Source: an uncultured Candidatus Rokubacteria bacterium (lineage in GTDB: Bacteria; Methylomirabilota; Methylomirabilia; Rokubacteriales; DASRDR01). Taken from it: 64,000 nucleotides of DNA. How positions within the stretch are numbered: the stretch's first letter is position 1; every line of letters starts with the position of its first letter. The notes beneath the pieces were generated by a model. The model was not told the origin of the DNA and did not search any database. It saw nothing but the letters and a program-made list of their open reading frames with translations. Location of the stretch: the NCBI GenBank assembly GCA_963708025.1, contig CAVPSB010000032.1, forward strand, positions 192,001 through 256,000, written 5' to 3'. Positions 49,997 to 60,901 of this stretch are shown piece after piece. The translations under genes and the position numbers were made by a program.

Positions 49997-50872
49997 TCAG
50001 CGAGCGCGCGGCAGCTCGAGGCGGCTCCGCCGCATGTCGAACTGGCCGCCATCCGGATCGGGCTTGAGCACGCGGTCCTTCCAGACCAGTACGAGGCCCG
50101 GGGTGCCGCCCTGGAAGGCCGCGGCCGGCACGCGGATGAAGACCCGGTCGGCCTCGCGCCAGTCGCCCACGTTGGTGGTCGCCCGGTCCGCCGGCCCCAG
50201 CGTCGTCGTGTCCCCGTTCGTGAGGCTCTCGATCAGGCTCCGGGCCACCAGGAACTCGAGGCTGCCGACGCGGCCGAACGCGGTGGGAGGCACGGCGGGG
50301 GGGAGCCCGAACTGCGTGGCGATCACCGGGATCCCGACGCCCTGGATGATGGCTCGCCGGGCGAGTGCCACCGACTGGATCGGCCCGTCCGGCGGCACGA
50401 GCAACACCGTCTCCAGGACCTGGGTGATCGTGTTCAGCTCGCCGCCCAGCTCCAGCACGGCGACGTCACCGCCACGCGGGATCACGTCGATCTGGGTCCA
50501 CGCCGAGGCGCCGGCCGCCGGGCGGACGCTCAGGTCGAAGGCCCCGCGGCCCCCCAGCGGAGCCGCCTCCTCGGGCGACAGCACACGGATCGACTTCAGG
50601 ACCAGCGAAGATCGCTGGATCAGGCCCCGCTGCCACCAGAAGACCGCCCGGTCCACGACGCCTCCGTCGAGGGCCTGGCGAAGCTCGGGGGTCACCGCCG
50701 ACTGGACCGACCAAGAGCTGCGGTGCTGGTTCACCGACCACTGGGGCACCAGCGCGAGCCGGAGCGTGAGGGGGGCGGTCTGGGCCCCCACGGCCAGCGG
50801 CCCGACGGCGAGCAGCCCCAGCACGGACAGCAGGACGATCGGCGTGGCGGCGGAGCGGAAAAGCGTTGGCAT
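49997..50872 (-). CDS. Hypothetical exported protein
   Basis: Signal peptide ending VGA-Q; no recognised domain. Confidence 0.65.
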   Translation of the reverse strand: MPTLFRSAATPIVLLSVLGLLAVGPLAVGAQTAPLTLRLALVPQWSVNQHRSSWSVQSAVTPELRQALDGGVVDRAVFWWQRGLIQRSSLVLKSIRVLSPEEAAPLGGRGAFDLSVRPAAGASAWTQIDVIPRGGDVAVLELGGELNTITQVLETVLLVPPDGPIQSVALARRAIIQGVGIPVIATQFGLPPAVPPTAFGRVGSLEFLVARSLIESLTNGDTTTLGPADRATTNVGDWREADRVFIRVPAAAFQGGTPGLVLVWKDRVLKPDPDGGQFDMRRSRLELPRAR

Positions 50873-50994
50873 GGCGCGCACCCCCGCACCATTGTCGCTC
50901 CCCGCTCCGGGGAATCAAGCGGAAAAGCGGCGCGGTGGCGTGGCCCGTTGCCCGGGCGTCGGGAGCCCCGACGCCGGCTCGAGCCCTCGCCACG

Positions 50995-51033
50995 AAACAA
51001 AGACGCCCCGGGGGTGGCCCCCCGGGGCGTCGG
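50995..51033 (-). terminator. Intrinsic terminator after porin copy 1 (duplicated at 52977-53015)
   Basis: GACGCCCCGGGGG-GCCA-CCCCCGGGGCGTC-TTTGTTT. Confidence 0.85.
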
Positions 51034-51047
51034 TGAAACGGCGGGAG

Positions 51048-52595
51048 CTAGAAGGAGAACTGCGTCCGGAAGGTCAAACCCCACGCAGTGTCGCCCTGGT
51101 CCGGGACGGCCACACCGCCGATGAGCGAGAGCGTGAGGTTCGGGTTGTAGCGATAGACCGCGCCGGCGTCGAACTCGACGACCCAGTCGCCGTACACGCC
51201 ACCGCCGCACGGAGACAGGTTGGAGACCCCAGCCACGGCCGCGATGCAGCTCCCGGAGTCTTCCACGGCGCCCAGGTAGCCGGCGCCGCCGCCGACCGAG
51301 AAGGCCGGGGTGATGGAGTAGATGGCCGATCCGCCGAAGCCATACGTGCCGGTCGAGTCCGAGTAATGCGTGGAGCCGAAGCCCGGGGCGCCGATCGACG
51401 CCAGGCCGCGAATGAACTCCATGACGTACGGCACGCTGGACCACGAGGCCTGGGTGATCGGGAGAGGCAGCCGGTCCGAGTCCTGGATCAGCTTGGTCGA
51501 GTTGTTGTTGGTGGTGAAGTCGATCCCCGGAACCAGGCTGGTGCAGGCGGGGTGCGCCGTCACGTCCTCGCAGCCCCCACCCGCGATCCGGGTCTTGTCG
51601 CCGCTCTCGTACCAGGCGTGCCACCAGGTGGCCAGGGGCCCGAGGGGCACCTGGCCGACGAACTGGAAGCCGTACCCGGTCTCCTCGATCGTTTCACTGA
51701 GGCCGGCCGCTGACCGGGGCGCCGAAAACAGCGTGCGCTGGCCGTACACGGCCGAGAAGTGCAGGCCGAAGGCACCGATCTTCGTCGCGGCGGTGGCGCC
51801 GATCCAGAAGTTGTCCCCGAAGTCCGTCGACACGCACGTCCCGGTCCCCCCCGCGGCCGCCGGCGCCCGACGGGCCATGCACTGGGTGTTGACGAGCATG
51901 AACTCACCGGTGACCCGGGTTTCCGGCGTGATGTTGAAGCCGAGACGCGCCGCATACATGTCGTTGTCGTCGGCGCTGGCCCGGGTGTTCTCGTCGATCT
52001 TGACCGTGTAGAGCTGGAGATCGACGGGATCCCACCTGAAGTTGAGCTGGATGCCCCACCCGTCGTCATCCATGAACGCGCCGGCCGGGCTCGTCATGAA
52101 GACGATGTTGTGCGCACCCAGCAGGATGTTCGAGTTCGGCATGCCCGGGATGTTGAACTGCAGGTAGAGGTTCTTGGTCTCGACGTTCGCGCCGTCCGAG
52201 CCGAGCCCACCGCCCTGGCTGGTGCCGTTCCGGGCGTTGGTGCCGGTGCCGTACTCGTCGCCGGAGGCGCCGCCCCCGAGCCCGTACGTGATGTCGCCGA
52301 CCTCGATCGCCCATACCACCTTGGCGTTCTTGTCGGCCGACTCCACCGTGGTGTACAGCCGCCAGCGCTGGAAGTAGTAGGACTCGCTGTCCTTGGCGCG
52401 ACCGATGTTCGTTTGCGGGAAGATATCGCTCGCCTTGCCGGTGTCGTTGAAGTCCGTGAAGTTGTCCCAGACCAGGCCGAATACCCGCATCTGGCCGCCG
52501 AACGTCACGGTGAAGTTCGGCTGCTGCGCTGTGGCGGGCAGAGCAGTCGTCAGGATCACGACCGCCGCCGCGACTAGCATCCCCAGTCGCTTCAT
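51048..52595 (-). CDS. Outer-membrane beta-barrel porin-like protein, copy 1
   Basis: GGAGGT RBS, signal peptide ATA-Q, amphipathic strands, VETKNLYLQF, C-terminal TFRTQFSF beta-signal. Confidence 0.8.
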   Translation of the reverse strand: MKRLGMLVAAAVVILTTALPATAQQPNFTVTFGGQMRVFGLVWDNFTDFNDTGKASDIFPQTNIGRAKDSESYYFQRWRLYTTVESADKNAKVVWAIEVGDITYGLGGGASGDEYGTGTNARNGTSQGGGLGSDGANVETKNLYLQFNIPGMPNSNILLGAHNIVFMTSPAGAFMDDDGWGIQLNFRWDPVDLQLYTVKIDENTRASADDNDMYAARLGFNITPETRVTGEFMLVNTQCMARRAPAAAGGTGTCVSTDFGDNFWIGATAATKIGAFGLHFSAVYGQRTLFSAPRSAAGLSETIEETGYGFQFVGQVPLGPLATWWHAWYESGDKTRIAGGGCEDVTAHPACTSLVPGIDFTTNNNSTKLIQDSDRLPLPITQASWSSVPYVMEFIRGLASIGAPGFGSTHYSDSTGTYGFGGSAIYSITPAFSVGGGAGYLGAVEDSGSCIAAVAGVSNLSPCGGGVYGDWVVEFDAGAVYRYNPNLTLSLIGGVAVPDQGDTAWGLTFRTQFSF

Positions 52596-52867
52596 CCTGC
52601 ACCTCCGTCGCCACTCCCGAGAAGTGGCCGATCCGCATCCGAAACCGTGCACTGCTGGAACGAGGTCATGATGAGATCCGTCGGTCTGCGGAACCGTCCG
52701 GCAGGTTAGTGCCCGCCCACCACCCCCTTCGAACTGCTGTAGTCAGGAACGAACATGGTGCCGCTACGGATACAAAGCCGCCGACACTATAGCACCGCCA
52801 AGGGGGAGGGGGCGTCAACATAATGCCCCCTTCTCGGCCCCGGGGGGCGTCTCCTCCCCCCCGGGGG

Positions 52868-54779
52868 GCACCACTGTCGCTCCCCGCTCCGGGGAATCAA
52901 GCGGAAAAGCGGCGCGGTGGCGTGGCCCGTTGCCCGGGCGTCGGGAGCCCCGACGCCGGCTCGAGCCCTCGCCACGAAACAAAGACGCCCCGGGGGTGGC
53001 CCCCCGGGGCGTCGGTGAAACGGCGGGAGCTAGAAGGAGAACTGCGTCCGGAAGGTCAAACCCCACGCAGTGTCGCCCTGGTCCGGGACGGCCACACCGC
53101 CGATGAGCGAGAGCGTGAGGTTCGGGTTGTAGCGATAGACCGCGCCGGCGTCGAACTCGACGACCCAGTCGCCGTACACGCCACCGCCGCACGGAGACAG
53201 GTTGGAGACCCCAGCCACGGCCGCGATGCAGCTCCCGGAGTCTTCCACGGCGCCCAGGTAGCCGGCGCCGCCGCCGACCGAGAAGGCCGGGGTGATGGAG
53301 TAGATGGCCGATCCGCCGAAGCCATACGTGCCGGTCGAGTCCGAGTAATGCGTGGAGCCGAAGCCCGGGGCGCCGATCGACGCCAGGCCGCGAATGAACT
53401 CCATGACGTACGGCACGCTGGACCACGAGGCCTGGGTGATCGGGAGAGGCAGCCGGTCCGAGTCCTGGATCAGCTTGGTCGAGTTGTTGTTGGTGGTGAA
53501 GTCGATCCCCGGAACCAGGCTGGTGCAGGCGGGGTGCGCCGTCACGTCCTCGCAGCCCCCACCCGCGATCCGGGTCTTGTCGCCGCTCTCGTACCAGGCG
53601 TGCCACCAGGTGGCCAGGGGCCCGAGGGGCACCTGGCCGACGAACTGGAAGCCGTACCCGGTCTCCTCGATCGTTTCACTGAGGCCGGCCGCTGACCGGG
53701 GCGCCGAAAACAGCGTGCGCTGGCCGTACACGGCCGAGAAGTGCAGGCCGAAGGCACCGATCTTCGTCGCGGCGGTGGCGCCGATCCAGAAGTTGTCCCC
53801 GAAGTCCGTCGACACGCACGTCCCGGTCCCCCCCGCGGCCGCCGGCGCCCGACGGGCCATGCACTGGGTGTTGACGACCATGAACTCACCGGTGACCCGG
53901 GTTTCCGGCGTGATGTTGAAGCCGAGACGCGCCGCATACATGTCGTTGTCGTCGGCGCTGGCCCGGGTGTTCTCGTCGATCTTGACCGTGTAGAGCTGGA
54001 GATCGACGGGATCCCACCTGAAGTTGAGCTGGATGCCCCACCCGTCGTCATCCATGAACGCGCCGGCCGGGCTCGTCATGAAGACGATGTTGTGCGCACC
54101 CAGCAGGATGTTCGAGTTCGGCATGCCCGGGATGTTGAACTGCAGGTAGAGGTTCTTGGTCTCGACGTTCGCGCCGTCCGAGCCGAGCCCACCGCCCTGG
54201 CTGGTGCCGTTCCGGGCGTTGGTGCCGGTGCCGTACTCGTCGCCGGAGGCGCCGCCCCCGAGCCCGTACGTGATGTCGCCGACCTCGATCGCCCATACCA
54301 CCTTGGCGTTCTTGTCGGCCGACTCCACCGTGGTGTACAGCCGCCAGCGCTGGAAGTAGTAGGACTCGCTGTCCTTGGCGCGACCGATGTTCGTTTGCGG
54401 GAAGATATCGCTCGCCTTGTCGGTGTCGTTGAAGTCCGTGAAGTTGTCCCAGACCAGGCCGAATACCCGCATCTGGCCGCCGAACGTCACGGTGAAGTTC
54501 GGCTGCTGCGCTGTGGCGGGCAGAGCAGTCGTCAGGATCACGACCGCCGCCGCGACTAGCATCCCCAGTCGCTTCATCCTGCACCTCCGTCGCCACTCCC
54601 GAGAAGTGGCCGATCCGCATCCGAAACCGTGCACTGCTGGAACGAGGTCATGATGAGATCCGTCGGTCTGCGGAACCGTCCGGCAGGTTGGTGCCCGCCC
54701 ACCACCCCCTTCGAACTGCTGTGGTCAGGAACGAACATGGTACCGCTATGGATACGAAGCCGCCGGCACTATAGCATCG
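52868..54779. repeat. Direct duplication, copy 2
   Basis: Matches 50886-52797. Confidence 0.95.
53030..54577 (-). CDS. Outer-membrane beta-barrel porin-like protein, copy 2
   Basis: Identical to copy 1 except G/D and L/V substitutions. Confidence 0.8.
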   Translation of the reverse strand: MKRLGMLVAAAVVILTTALPATAQQPNFTVTFGGQMRVFGLVWDNFTDFNDTDKASDIFPQTNIGRAKDSESYYFQRWRLYTTVESADKNAKVVWAIEVGDITYGLGGGASGDEYGTGTNARNGTSQGGGLGSDGANVETKNLYLQFNIPGMPNSNILLGAHNIVFMTSPAGAFMDDDGWGIQLNFRWDPVDLQLYTVKIDENTRASADDNDMYAARLGFNITPETRVTGEFMVVNTQCMARRAPAAAGGTGTCVSTDFGDNFWIGATAATKIGAFGLHFSAVYGQRTLFSAPRSAAGLSETIEETGYGFQFVGQVPLGPLATWWHAWYESGDKTRIAGGGCEDVTAHPACTSLVPGIDFTTNNNSTKLIQDSDRLPLPITQASWSSVPYVMEFIRGLASIGAPGFGSTHYSDSTGTYGFGGSAIYSITPAFSVGGGAGYLGAVEDSGSCIAAVAGVSNLSPCGGGVYGDWVVEFDAGAVYRYNPNLTLSLIGGVAVPDQGDTAWGLTFRTQFSF

Positions 54780-54797
54780 GCAAAAAAAATGTGTCAA
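54768..54797 (-). promoter_or_regulatory. Sigma70 promoter of porin copy 2
   Basis: TTGACA-N18 (T-tract)-TATAGT with TG extended -10. Confidence 0.75.
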
Positions 54798-54916
54798 GGC
54801 CAAAACTTGCCGGGGTGGATCCTCGTGAGACCCCATCCCTGGGGGTCCGGAAGCCCCGCCCGCCACTCTCCAGGGGAGGTGGCCGGAGTCCGGCGCAGCC
54901 CCCTCCCCCGTTCTCG

Positions 54917-55008
54917 AAGTGCCGGCAGTTCCCATTCGGACCGCCTGCTGGCTTCTCGCAACCCCTCTGGCTCTGGCCGCACGGCCCTGGTGGTCCGCTC
55001 CGAGCCGC
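54917..55008 (-). repeat. Partial repeat family A
   Basis: GAAGTGCCGGCAGTTCCCATTC...GGCTTCTCGCAACCCCTCTGGCTCTGGCC. Confidence 0.7.
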
Positions 55009-55010
55009 CT

Positions 55011-56825
55011 TCAGGGCAACTCGTACAGGACGAGGTGGGCCTTTCTCTGCACCAGGCCCAGGAACCGCGGCACCACCCCGACAACCACCTCGGGGGTGCC
55101 GTCCCCGTCGAGGTCGCCGTAGGCGAAGTCGGTGATGAAGCCCTCGGTGACCTGGCTCTGCCATACCCGATGGAACCCGCCGTCCCGCCACCGGAGGCGA
55201 TGCATCCGCCCCTCGGTGAAGGCGATGGGAGCGAGCCTCGGCAGCAGGGTGCGGAACTGCGAGCCCAGCGGGAGGAGGTTCTCCCACACCAGGACATCCA
55301 GCTCGTCGCCGGTCGTGCCCGCCACCGGGATCACGCGCCCGTAGATGCGTCCGATGGGCTCGATTCGATCGCGCGCCTCGCCCGAGGGCGCGTAGGCGAA
55401 GGTGACGGCCGCCCCGCCATAAGGATCGCCGCTCGTCCACAGCCTTTGCCCCTTCGCCGTCCAGACGGCCAGCCGGTCCTCGGGCAGAAGGGCGACGACC
55501 TCGGGGTCGGGGCTGCCGGTCAGCCGCATCAGGGCCAGCCCGTAGATGTTGACCCCGCTGGGCAGCTTGAGCCGCGTCGCTTCCTTGTAGGTGCCGTCCC
55601 GCCAGACGAGGCGCCGGACGCTCGAGTCGAACGGGAACGGCTCGCTCTGCCCGGCCGACTGCTCGAGGAGCCACCGCTCACGGCCGACGGACACGATGCG
55701 CAGGTAGCGACGGGTCGTCTCGTAGATCGGCTTGAACCGCTCGCCGTCCAGCTCCAGCACCGTCGAGGTGATCGGCAGGCCCTCGCCGCGATACTCGACG
55801 ACGACGAGCTGGGCGCGCCCGGTCCCGTTCAGGTCGGCCGCATCGACGGACAGCACCTGACCCTGGGTCGGCCTCCGCAGCTCCGCGCCACTCGGGGACG
55901 GGCCGACGTTCTCCTGCCACCGGTAGACCGTGAGCACCCGCTCGTCCGCCACCACCAGCTCGGCCCGGCCGTCGCCGTCCAGATCCGCCAGCGCCACCCC
56001 GCGCACCCCGCCCTCGAGGGGATGGCGGCGCTCGAGCTCGGGGGTCGTCTCCCAGGCGAAGCGCGGCTGGAAGTTCGCGCGAGCCAGCGGCAGGCTGCGC
56101 TCGATGAGGATCGCCCCGGTCCGCCCCGAGATCCAGACGATCTCCAGGGAGCGCGCCTTGCCGTCCTGGACCAGTCGCGAGGCCAGGACCGCGGGAGCCC
56201 GCAGCCGGCGAGCCGCCTCCAGCGGCGCCAGGGTCGCGCCGCCAGCCGCCGGCGTCACCGTCTCCAGCACCCGGCGCGGCTCCGCCGCAAGGAAGCGCCC
56301 CGTCTTTTCGAGGAGCGCCGAGAGGCGGGAGACGAGCAGGAGCGACGTCTGCGCGGCGGTCTCTCCCGGGACGTTCACGCCGAGCGTGGGCAGGACGGCC
56401 ACCGGGATGCGCCCCGCTGTGATCCGCGCCCCGTCCCCGACGACCGGCGCCAACGCGCCTTCCGTCACCGCCACACGGGCGGTGGCCTGGGTCCCCGAGA
56501 CGCCGGTCACGACGAGCACGCCGACCTCGTCCTCGGACTGTCCCAGTGGCTGGTTCGTGATGGGGTGCCGGAACGGCTCCCCCTTGCGGTAGGCCATCAG
56601 CTCGAGGCCGGGGCGGAGCGCGCCGACACCGGTCCCTTCCAGCCGCACCGTGTCGCCCTCCACGGCGACGACCCGGCTCTCGACTTTCGGGAAGGCGTCC
56701 CGCAGCTCCTGCGCGACCTGCTCGAAGGTGGCGCCCAGGTCCTGGAGCACGTCGGCCCGGGTCGCGCCCGGCACGGCGAGCGCGAGCAGCACGAGGGCGG
56801 CGAGAAGCGGTCGGCGCGCGCTCAA
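55011..56825 (-). CDS. Exported FG-GAP/VCBS repeat beta-propeller protein
   Basis: TTG overlapping the mutase stop, signal peptide, [36 protein letters not shown]. Confidence 0.8.
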   Translation of the reverse strand: MSARRPLLAALVLLALAVPGATRADVLQDLGATFEQVAQELRDAFPKVESRVVAVEGDTVRLEGTGVGALRPGLELMAYRKGEPFRHPITNQPLGQSEDEVGVLVVTGVSGTQATARVAVTEGALAPVVGDGARITAGRIPVAVLPTLGVNVPGETAAQTSLLLVSRLSALLEKTGRFLAAEPRRVLETVTPAAGGATLAPLEAARRLRAPAVLASRLVQDGKARSLEIVWISGRTGAILIERSLPLARANFQPRFAWETTPELERRHPLEGGVRGVALADLDGDGRAELVVADERVLTVYRWQENVGPSPSGAELRRPTQGQVLSVDAADLNGTGRAQLVVVEYRGEGLPITSTVLELDGERFKPIYETTRRYLRIVSVGRERWLLEQSAGQSEPFPFDSSVRRLVWRDGTYKEATRLKLPSGVNIYGLALMRLTGSPDPEVVALLPEDRLAVWTAKGQRLWTSGDPYGGAAVTFAYAPSGEARDRIEPIGRIYGRVIPVAGTTGDELDVLVWENLLPLGSQFRTLLPRLAPIAFTEGRMHRLRWRDGGFHRVWQSQVTEGFITDFAYGDLDGDGTPEVVVGVVPRFLGLVQRKAHLVLYELP

Positions 56826-58489
56826 AAGGCCACCGAGGGGTGGTGGACGCCGAATACCACCCGGAGCCGGTCGCAGATCTCGCCCAGCGTCGCCTGGGCG
56901 CGAACGGCGTCGAGCAGGCGGGGGAGCAGGTTCTCCGTCCCACGGGCGGCGTGCTCGACGGCGTCGAGCGCGCGGGCCGCGCCATCCCGGTCGCGGGCGG
57001 CCCGCAGGACGGCCAGCCGCTCGGCCAGGGCCGCCTCGACCCCCGGGTCCGGATGGAAGAGTCGGGTCGCCGGGGACTCCTCGCTGACGAACTCGTTCAC
57101 GCCTACCACCACGCGGCCCCCCGTCTCGACCGCCTGCTGGTAGCGGTAGGCTGCATCCTGGATCTCCCGCTGCATGAAGGGGATGGCCGCCACCGCCCCG
57201 CCCATGCCCTCGATCTTGTCGAGGTATGCCGTCGCGGCCTCCTCGATGTCGGTGGTGAGCCGCTCGACGTGGTAGGCGCCGCCGAGCGGGTCGACCGTCT
57301 CGGCGACACCCGACTCGTGGGCCAGGATCTGCTGCGTCCGGAGCGCGATGCGGACGGCCGCTTCCGACGGGAGGGCCAGGGCCTCGTCCATCGAGTTGGT
57401 GTGGAGCGACTGGCAGCCACCGAGGATGGCGGCCAGCGCCTGGACGGCCACCCGGACGATGTTGTTCTCGGGCTGCTGGGCGGTCAGCATCGAGCCGGCC
57501 GTCTGGGCGTGGAAGCGCAGCATGGCCGAGCGCGGGTCGCGGGCGCCGAAGCGCTCGCGCATGAGCCGGCCCCACAGGCGGCGGGCTGCCCGGAACTTCG
57601 CGACCTCCTCCAGCAGGTTGTTGTGGGCGTTGAAGAAGAAGGAGAGCTGGGGCGCGAACTCGTCGACCCGGAGACCGGCGGCCAGCGCCGCCTCCACGTA
57701 GGCGATCGCGTTGGCGAAGGTGAAGGCGACCTCCTGGACGGCGGTGGCGCCCGCCTCGCGCATGTGGTACCCGGAGATCGAGATCGTGTTCCAGCGCGGG
57801 ACCCGGTTCTTGCACCAGGCGAAGCTGTCGGTCACCAGGCGCATCGACGGAGCCGGCGGGAAGATGTAGGTGCCGCGGGCGATGTACTCCTTGAGGATGT
57901 CGTTCTGCACGGTGCCCCCGAGCCCGGCCGCCGGGACGCCGTGCCGCTCGGCGATGGCGACGTACAGCGCGAGCAGGATGGCCGCCGTGGCGTTGATCGT
58001 CATCGACGTGGTGACCCGGTCGAGCGGGATCTCCGCGAAGAGATCCGCCATGTCGGCCAGGCTCGAGATCGACACCCCCACGCGCCCGACCTCGCTGCGG
58101 GCGGCCGGGGCGTCCGCATCGTAGCCCATCTGGGTGGGCAGGTCGAACGCCACCGAGAGCCCGGTCTGGCCCTGCTCCAGGAGGTAGTGGAAGCGCCGGT
58201 TGGTCTCGGCCGCGGTGCCGAAGCCGGCGTACTGGCGCATCGTCCAGAGCCGCCCCCGGTACATGGAGGGCTGGACGCCCCGGGTGAACGGCGGCTCGCC
58301 CGGGAAGCCGAGCTCCCGGAGATAGTCGAGCCCCGCGGTGTCGGCCGGGGTCGAGAGCCGGGGCACGGCGGCGCCCCACGAGGTCTCGATCGGGGCTCGC
58401 TCGGGCGCCCGGCCGAGCGCCGGCCCCAGCGTGGTGTCGGACCACTCCCGCTGCGCCGCCTCGATTCGCTTCCGCTCCTGCTCGTCCAT
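56822..58489 (-). CDS. Methylmalonyl-CoA mutase, substrate-binding large subunit (no B12-binding domain)
   Basis: [18 protein letters not shown] (Tyr specificity residue), [26 protein letters not shown]. Confidence 0.93.
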   Translation of the reverse strand: MDEQERKRIEAAQREWSDTTLGPALGRAPERAPIETSWGAAVPRLSTPADTAGLDYLRELGFPGEPPFTRGVQPSMYRGRLWTMRQYAGFGTAAETNRRFHYLLEQGQTGLSVAFDLPTQMGYDADAPAARSEVGRVGVSISSLADMADLFAEIPLDRVTTSMTINATAAILLALYVAIAERHGVPAAGLGGTVQNDILKEYIARGTYIFPPAPSMRLVTDSFAWCKNRVPRWNTISISGYHMREAGATAVQEVAFTFANAIAYVEAALAAGLRVDEFAPQLSFFFNAHNNLLEEVAKFRAARRLWGRLMRERFGARDPRSAMLRFHAQTAGSMLTAQQPENNIVRVAVQALAAILGGCQSLHTNSMDEALALPSEAAVRIALRTQQILAHESGVAETVDPLGGAYHVERLTTDIEEAATAYLDKIEGMGGAVAAIPFMQREIQDAAYRYQQAVETGGRVVVGVNEFVSEESPATRLFHPDPGVEAALAERLAVLRAARDRDGAARALDAVEHAARGTENLLPRLLDAVRAQATLGEICDRLRVVFGVHHPSVAF

Positions 58490-58651
58490 CAGATCCACCC
58501 TCACCGTTTGACGGCCTGCGGCCTTTGGCGCCCCCTCCCGACCGATCGGACGGCCTGCGGCCTCTGGCGGGGGAGGGGAGTCACGCCAGCCACGGGCGGC
58601 GCCCGCCGGCTGTAGGGCTTCCTCGATCCTGTTTCAGCTGGCCCGCCGGGG

Positions 58652-60201
58652 TCACAAGGGAATGTTCCCGTGCTTCTTCGGGGGATTCTGGTCGCGCTTG
58701 GTGTGCAGGGTCTCGAGCGCCTGGATCAGCCGGCGCCGCGTCTCTTTGGGCTCGATGACGTCATCGACGTAGCCGCGCTCGGCGGCCACGTAAGGATTGG
58801 CGAACTTCGCGCGGAACTCGGCCGTCCGCTCCTCGCGAAACCGCGCGGGGTCGCGCGCGTCGGCGAGCTCGCGCCGGTAGAGGACGTTGACGGCCCCTTC
58901 GGGCCCCATCACGGCGATCTCCGCCGTGGGGAAGGCGAAATTGGCGTCCCCTCGGATGTGCTTCGAGGACATCACGCAGTAGGCGCCGCCGTACGCCTTC
59001 CGCGTGATGACGGTGAGCTTGGGGACGGTGGCCTCCGCGAAGGCGAAGAGGAGCTTGGCCCCGTGCTTGATGATCCCGCCGAACTCCTGGGTCGTCCCCG
59101 GCAGGAAGCCCGGGACGTCCTCGAACGTGCAGAGCGGCAGGTTGAAGCAGTCGCAGAAGCGGACGAACCGGGCCCCCTTGAGCGACGCCGCGATGTCGAG
59201 GCACCCGGCCAGGTGGGCGGGCTGGTTGGCGACGACGCCGACCGGCCGGCCGCCGAGCCGCCCGAACCCGATCACGAGGTTCGGCGCGTAGTCCGGCTGC
59301 ACCTCGAAGAAATAGTGGTCGTCGAGGACCGTCTGGATCAGCTCCTTGATGTCGTAGGGCCGGGTCGGGTTGTCGGGCACCAGCGACTGGAGGGCCTCGT
59401 CCATGCGGTCCGGGGGATCGAGGGTGGGCCGGAGCGGCGGGTCCTCGAGGTTGTTCTGGGGGAGAAACGCCAGCAGCTCCCGGATGCCGGCCAGGCATTC
59501 CTCCTCGCTCTCGACCGCGAAGTGCGCCACCCCCGAGGTCCGAGCGTGGGTATCGGCCCCCCCAGCTCCTCGAAGGTCACCTCCTCGTGGGTCACCGACC
59601 GGATGACCTCCGGGCCCGTCACGAACATGTACGACGAGCCGCGCACCATGAAGACGAAGTCGGTGATCGCCGGGGAGTAGACGGCCCCGCCCGCGCAGGG
59701 ACCCATGACCGCCGAGATCTGGGGCACGACGCCGGAGGCCAGCGTGTTGCGGAGGAAGATGTCCGCGTACCCGGCCAGCGAGACGACGCCCTCCTGGATC
59801 CGCGCCCCGCCGGAGTCGTTGAGCCCGATGATCGGGACCCCGGTCTTGAGGGCCAGATCCATGATCTTGCAGATTTTCTGGGCGTAGGTGAGTGACAGCG
59901 AGCCCCCGAAGACGGTGAAGTCCTGGGCGAAGAGATAGGCGGGACGGCCGTGGATCCGGCCCGAGCCCGTGACGACGCCGTCCCCCGGGATCTTCTGCTC
60001 CGCCATCCCGAAGTCGGCGGCCTGGTGGACGACGAACCGGTCCATCTCGTCGAAGGAGCCCTTGTCCAGGAGAAGCTCGATCCGCTCCCGCGCCGTCCTC
60101 TTGCCCGCCTTGTGCTGGCGGGCGATGCGCTCCTCACCGCCGCCGACCTCGGCCTCCCGCCGCAGCCGGCGCAGCTCGGCGAAGCGCTCCTCGAGGGTCA
60201 C
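58652..60201 (-). CDS. pccB: Acyl-CoA (propionyl/methylmalonyl) carboxyltransferase subunit (frameshift in C run near 59560)
   Basis: [54 protein letters not shown]. Confidence 0.9.
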
Positions 60202-60503
60202 CTGTTCAACAGGAGGGGGAGTCCCAACCACCGGATCGCCGGGACGCGCTCGGCCTGTGGCCTCGCGTCCGTCCCGTCCTTCCGGTGGTCCCCCTCCTGG
60301 ACCTCCCCCACCTGGGGGTCGCTCGGTCAGCTCCGGGGCGGCATTGGAGTGAAACATCGGTTGGCATTATACGGGCGACGTCGCCGGAGCGTCAAACCCG
60401 CTGGCCCGAAAAGGGCCGCCAATTTGACGGCGGAATGGCTGTCTGTTACGGTAAGGCACGGCCCGCACCGCGCACACCGGATTCGGGAAGAGGGGTCCAA
60501 CCC

Positions 60504-60890
60504 GTGCTCAGCGCCGCGGCACTCATCGCCAGCCTGGCCCTTCTCGGCCTCGTCCTGGCCGCCATTCCCGCGCTCCTTCAGCTCCGGCGGACGACCCAGG
60601 CCGCGGAGCAGACCCTGGCCACGCTCGAGCGCGAGGTGCGCCCCCTGATATCCCAGCTCCACGCCCTGCTGCAGGACCACCGGGAGCTGGCCCAGCGCGG
60701 GACGCGCGACCTCCGGGAGCTGGAAGGGCTGCTCCTCATGGCTCAGGAGGTGATCGGCCGGCTGATCAAGCTGACCGGGATCCTCGGTGGCATCGGCACG
60801 GTCAGGCGAGTGTACGGTCTGGCGCAGGGGCTGCGCAAGGGGCTCGACGTCTTCATCCAGCGACTGGGACACGGCAAGCGGTCCGGATAG
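60504..60890 (+). CDS. DUF948 (YoxC/YtxG-like) membrane-anchored coiled-coil protein
   Basis: N-terminal TM, IPALLQLRRT, helical body, directly upstream of a YtxH gene. Confidence 0.7.
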   Translation: MLSAAALIASLALLGLVLAAIPALLQLRRTTQAAEQTLATLEREVRPLISQLHALLQDHRELAQRGTRDLRELEGLLLMAQEVIGRLIKLTGILGGIGTVRRVYGLAQGLRKGLDVFIQRLGHGKRSG

Positions 60891-60901
60891 GAGGGCACAC
60901 G

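Larger units (their letters stand above)
50886..52797. repeat. Direct duplication, copy 1 (period 1982 bp)
   Basis: Matches 52868-54779 with about 10 substitutions found by eye. Confidence 0.95.

Noticed and set aside
52596..52785. Riboswitch in the porin leader
   Set aside because: Hairpins are present but I recognise no conserved riboswitch core; an Rfam scan is needed.
51048..54577. Porin pair as a diversity-generating retroelement TR/VR
   Set aside because: No reverse transcriptase, the whole gene is duplicated, and the differences are not adenine-specific.
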